Positions 63,143 through 64,000 of a stretch of DNA of 64,000 bases are shown piece after piece. Source of the DNA: a virus; IMG/VR virus record IMGVR_UViG_3300031227_000013; one strand, 5' to 3'. The notes beneath the pieces were generated by a model. The model saw only the letters and a list, made by a program, of their open reading frames with translations, had not been told where the DNA came from and did no database searches. The stretch's first letter is position 1, and each line of letters starts with the position of its first letter. The position numbers and the translations under genes are program-made.

Positions 63143-64000
63143 TTATAAGTTCCCACAGTTCATCAACTGTGTAATCTGCGGGGTCTCCTTTAGATAATTG
63201 TACTAAATAGAAACCTTTATCGAATAGCCCTTCCCTGTACTTCTCGTAGAATTCCAACGCCTCTTCCGCCGCATCTGCATCCAGCAAAAGTACTCCGGCA
63301 TTACCTCCCAGAGAATGCTTAATAATCTGAGCCTGCCGGGTGGAAGGAGATTTACCCAGGCAGCTAATAGCCTTCGCTCCTATCCTGTGTACATCGGTTA
63401 TACCTTCAACTATGATTGTCCACAGTTCCCTGCGATTCATGTCTCTGTTGTATATAACCTGACTTTTAAGAGACCCTTCGGGAAAGTAATACTTGCGAAC
63501 TCCCTGCCTCTGCTGATCCTTTGTTGGCTCCCAACACAGACGAGCCTGCCAAAAGGCCATTTCCCCGTTATAATATACAGGGTAGATAATCTTAGGCCCG
63601 TTGTACGGATACTCTTCCAGAACCTCACAGCAATGTACGTCCCAGCTGTTATACAGAATATCCAGATCAAACTTTCTACCTGTAAGGTATTCTTTGACCT
63701 GCCCCGGAGCTTCCGGAGAGTTTACCGGAATACAATTATCCGGAAATTTAAACGCGGCTACTTTCTTCTTCTTATAATTTGCCGGTAGTATCTCTGCTTT
63801 ATAATCATCAAAATTTATTTCCTTTCCTATCTGTTGTTTAAGTTCATAGTTAGAACATCTTTCATTATGACAGTAGAACAGACTGTTGGTCTTTACTTTG
63901 AAATCACCCCTCTGAACCTTTTTAAATGCCCAGTGGCTGATAAACAGTCTGTGTTTCCTATCACCGCAGGACGGGCAGTTTACCTTATACTCTTCCCCGT
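63120..64000 (-). CDS. dnaG: DNA primase (DnaG-like), 5'-truncated by the window edge
   Basis: Manual translation extends the 63120-63560 ORF to the edge: zinc domain CPSCGD...CHNERC, then TOPRIM IVEGITD and LLDAD. Confidence 0.85.
   Translation of the reverse strand, partial: GEEYKVNCPSCGDRKHRLFISHWAFKKVQRGDFKVKTNSLFYCHNERCSNYELKQQIGKEINFDDYKAEILPANYKKKKVAAFKFPDNCIPVNSPEAPGQVKEYLTGRKFDLDILYNSWDVHCCEVLEEYPYNGPKIIYPVYYNGEMAFWQARLCWEPTKDQQRQGVRKYYFPEGSLKSQVIYNRDMNRRELWTIIVEGITDVHRIGAKAISCLGKSPSTRQAQIIKHSLGGNAGVLLLDADAAEEALEFYEKYREGLFDKGFYLVQLSKGDPADYTVDELWELIIEKVKGG

Noticed and set aside
346-63788. Most plus-strand ORFs in the track, and short minus-strand ORFs nested in other frames
   Set aside because: They are antisense or out-of-frame shadows of well-supported genes, lack RBSs and have no motifs; only 38190-38717 is accepted on the plus strand.

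Overview
A 64 kb, AT-rich, gene-dense segment of what is very probably a large dsDNA bacteriophage. Almost every gene is on the minus strand, with frequent ATGA/TAATG overlaps and intrinsic terminators; no clear capsid or tail genes are visible. From left to right: (i) three unrelated proteins sharing a 15-aa N-terminal tag, plus a papain-like peptidase; (ii) a 15.6 kb array of 46 paralogous ~70-aa proteins (family A); (iii) candidate structured RNAs driven by a repeated bipartite promoter (CTTAA-N15-TGGCA); (iv) an NAD salvage pair (NAMPT and NadM-Nudix) split by an HNH gene, dCMP deaminase, two non-canonical tRNA-like genes, and a PurA-like/vWA cluster; (v) two RNA ligases flanking a second paralog array (Cys-rich family B); (vi) a metallophosphoesterase whose first motif is broken by a 5-nt insert that fits a matched-codon ribosome hop; (vii) a self-contained ubiquitin-like conjugation operon (E2-like, JAB, E1/ThiF, head-to-tail double Ubl), in which the JAB active-site motif is interrupted by an unannotated 277-nt group I intron; and (viii) RuvC, methyltransferases, RecA, family A DNA polymerase and primase. 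The ubiquitin-like operon is the strongest candidate for an undescribed system. All family assignments come from motif recognition by eye; no database search was run.
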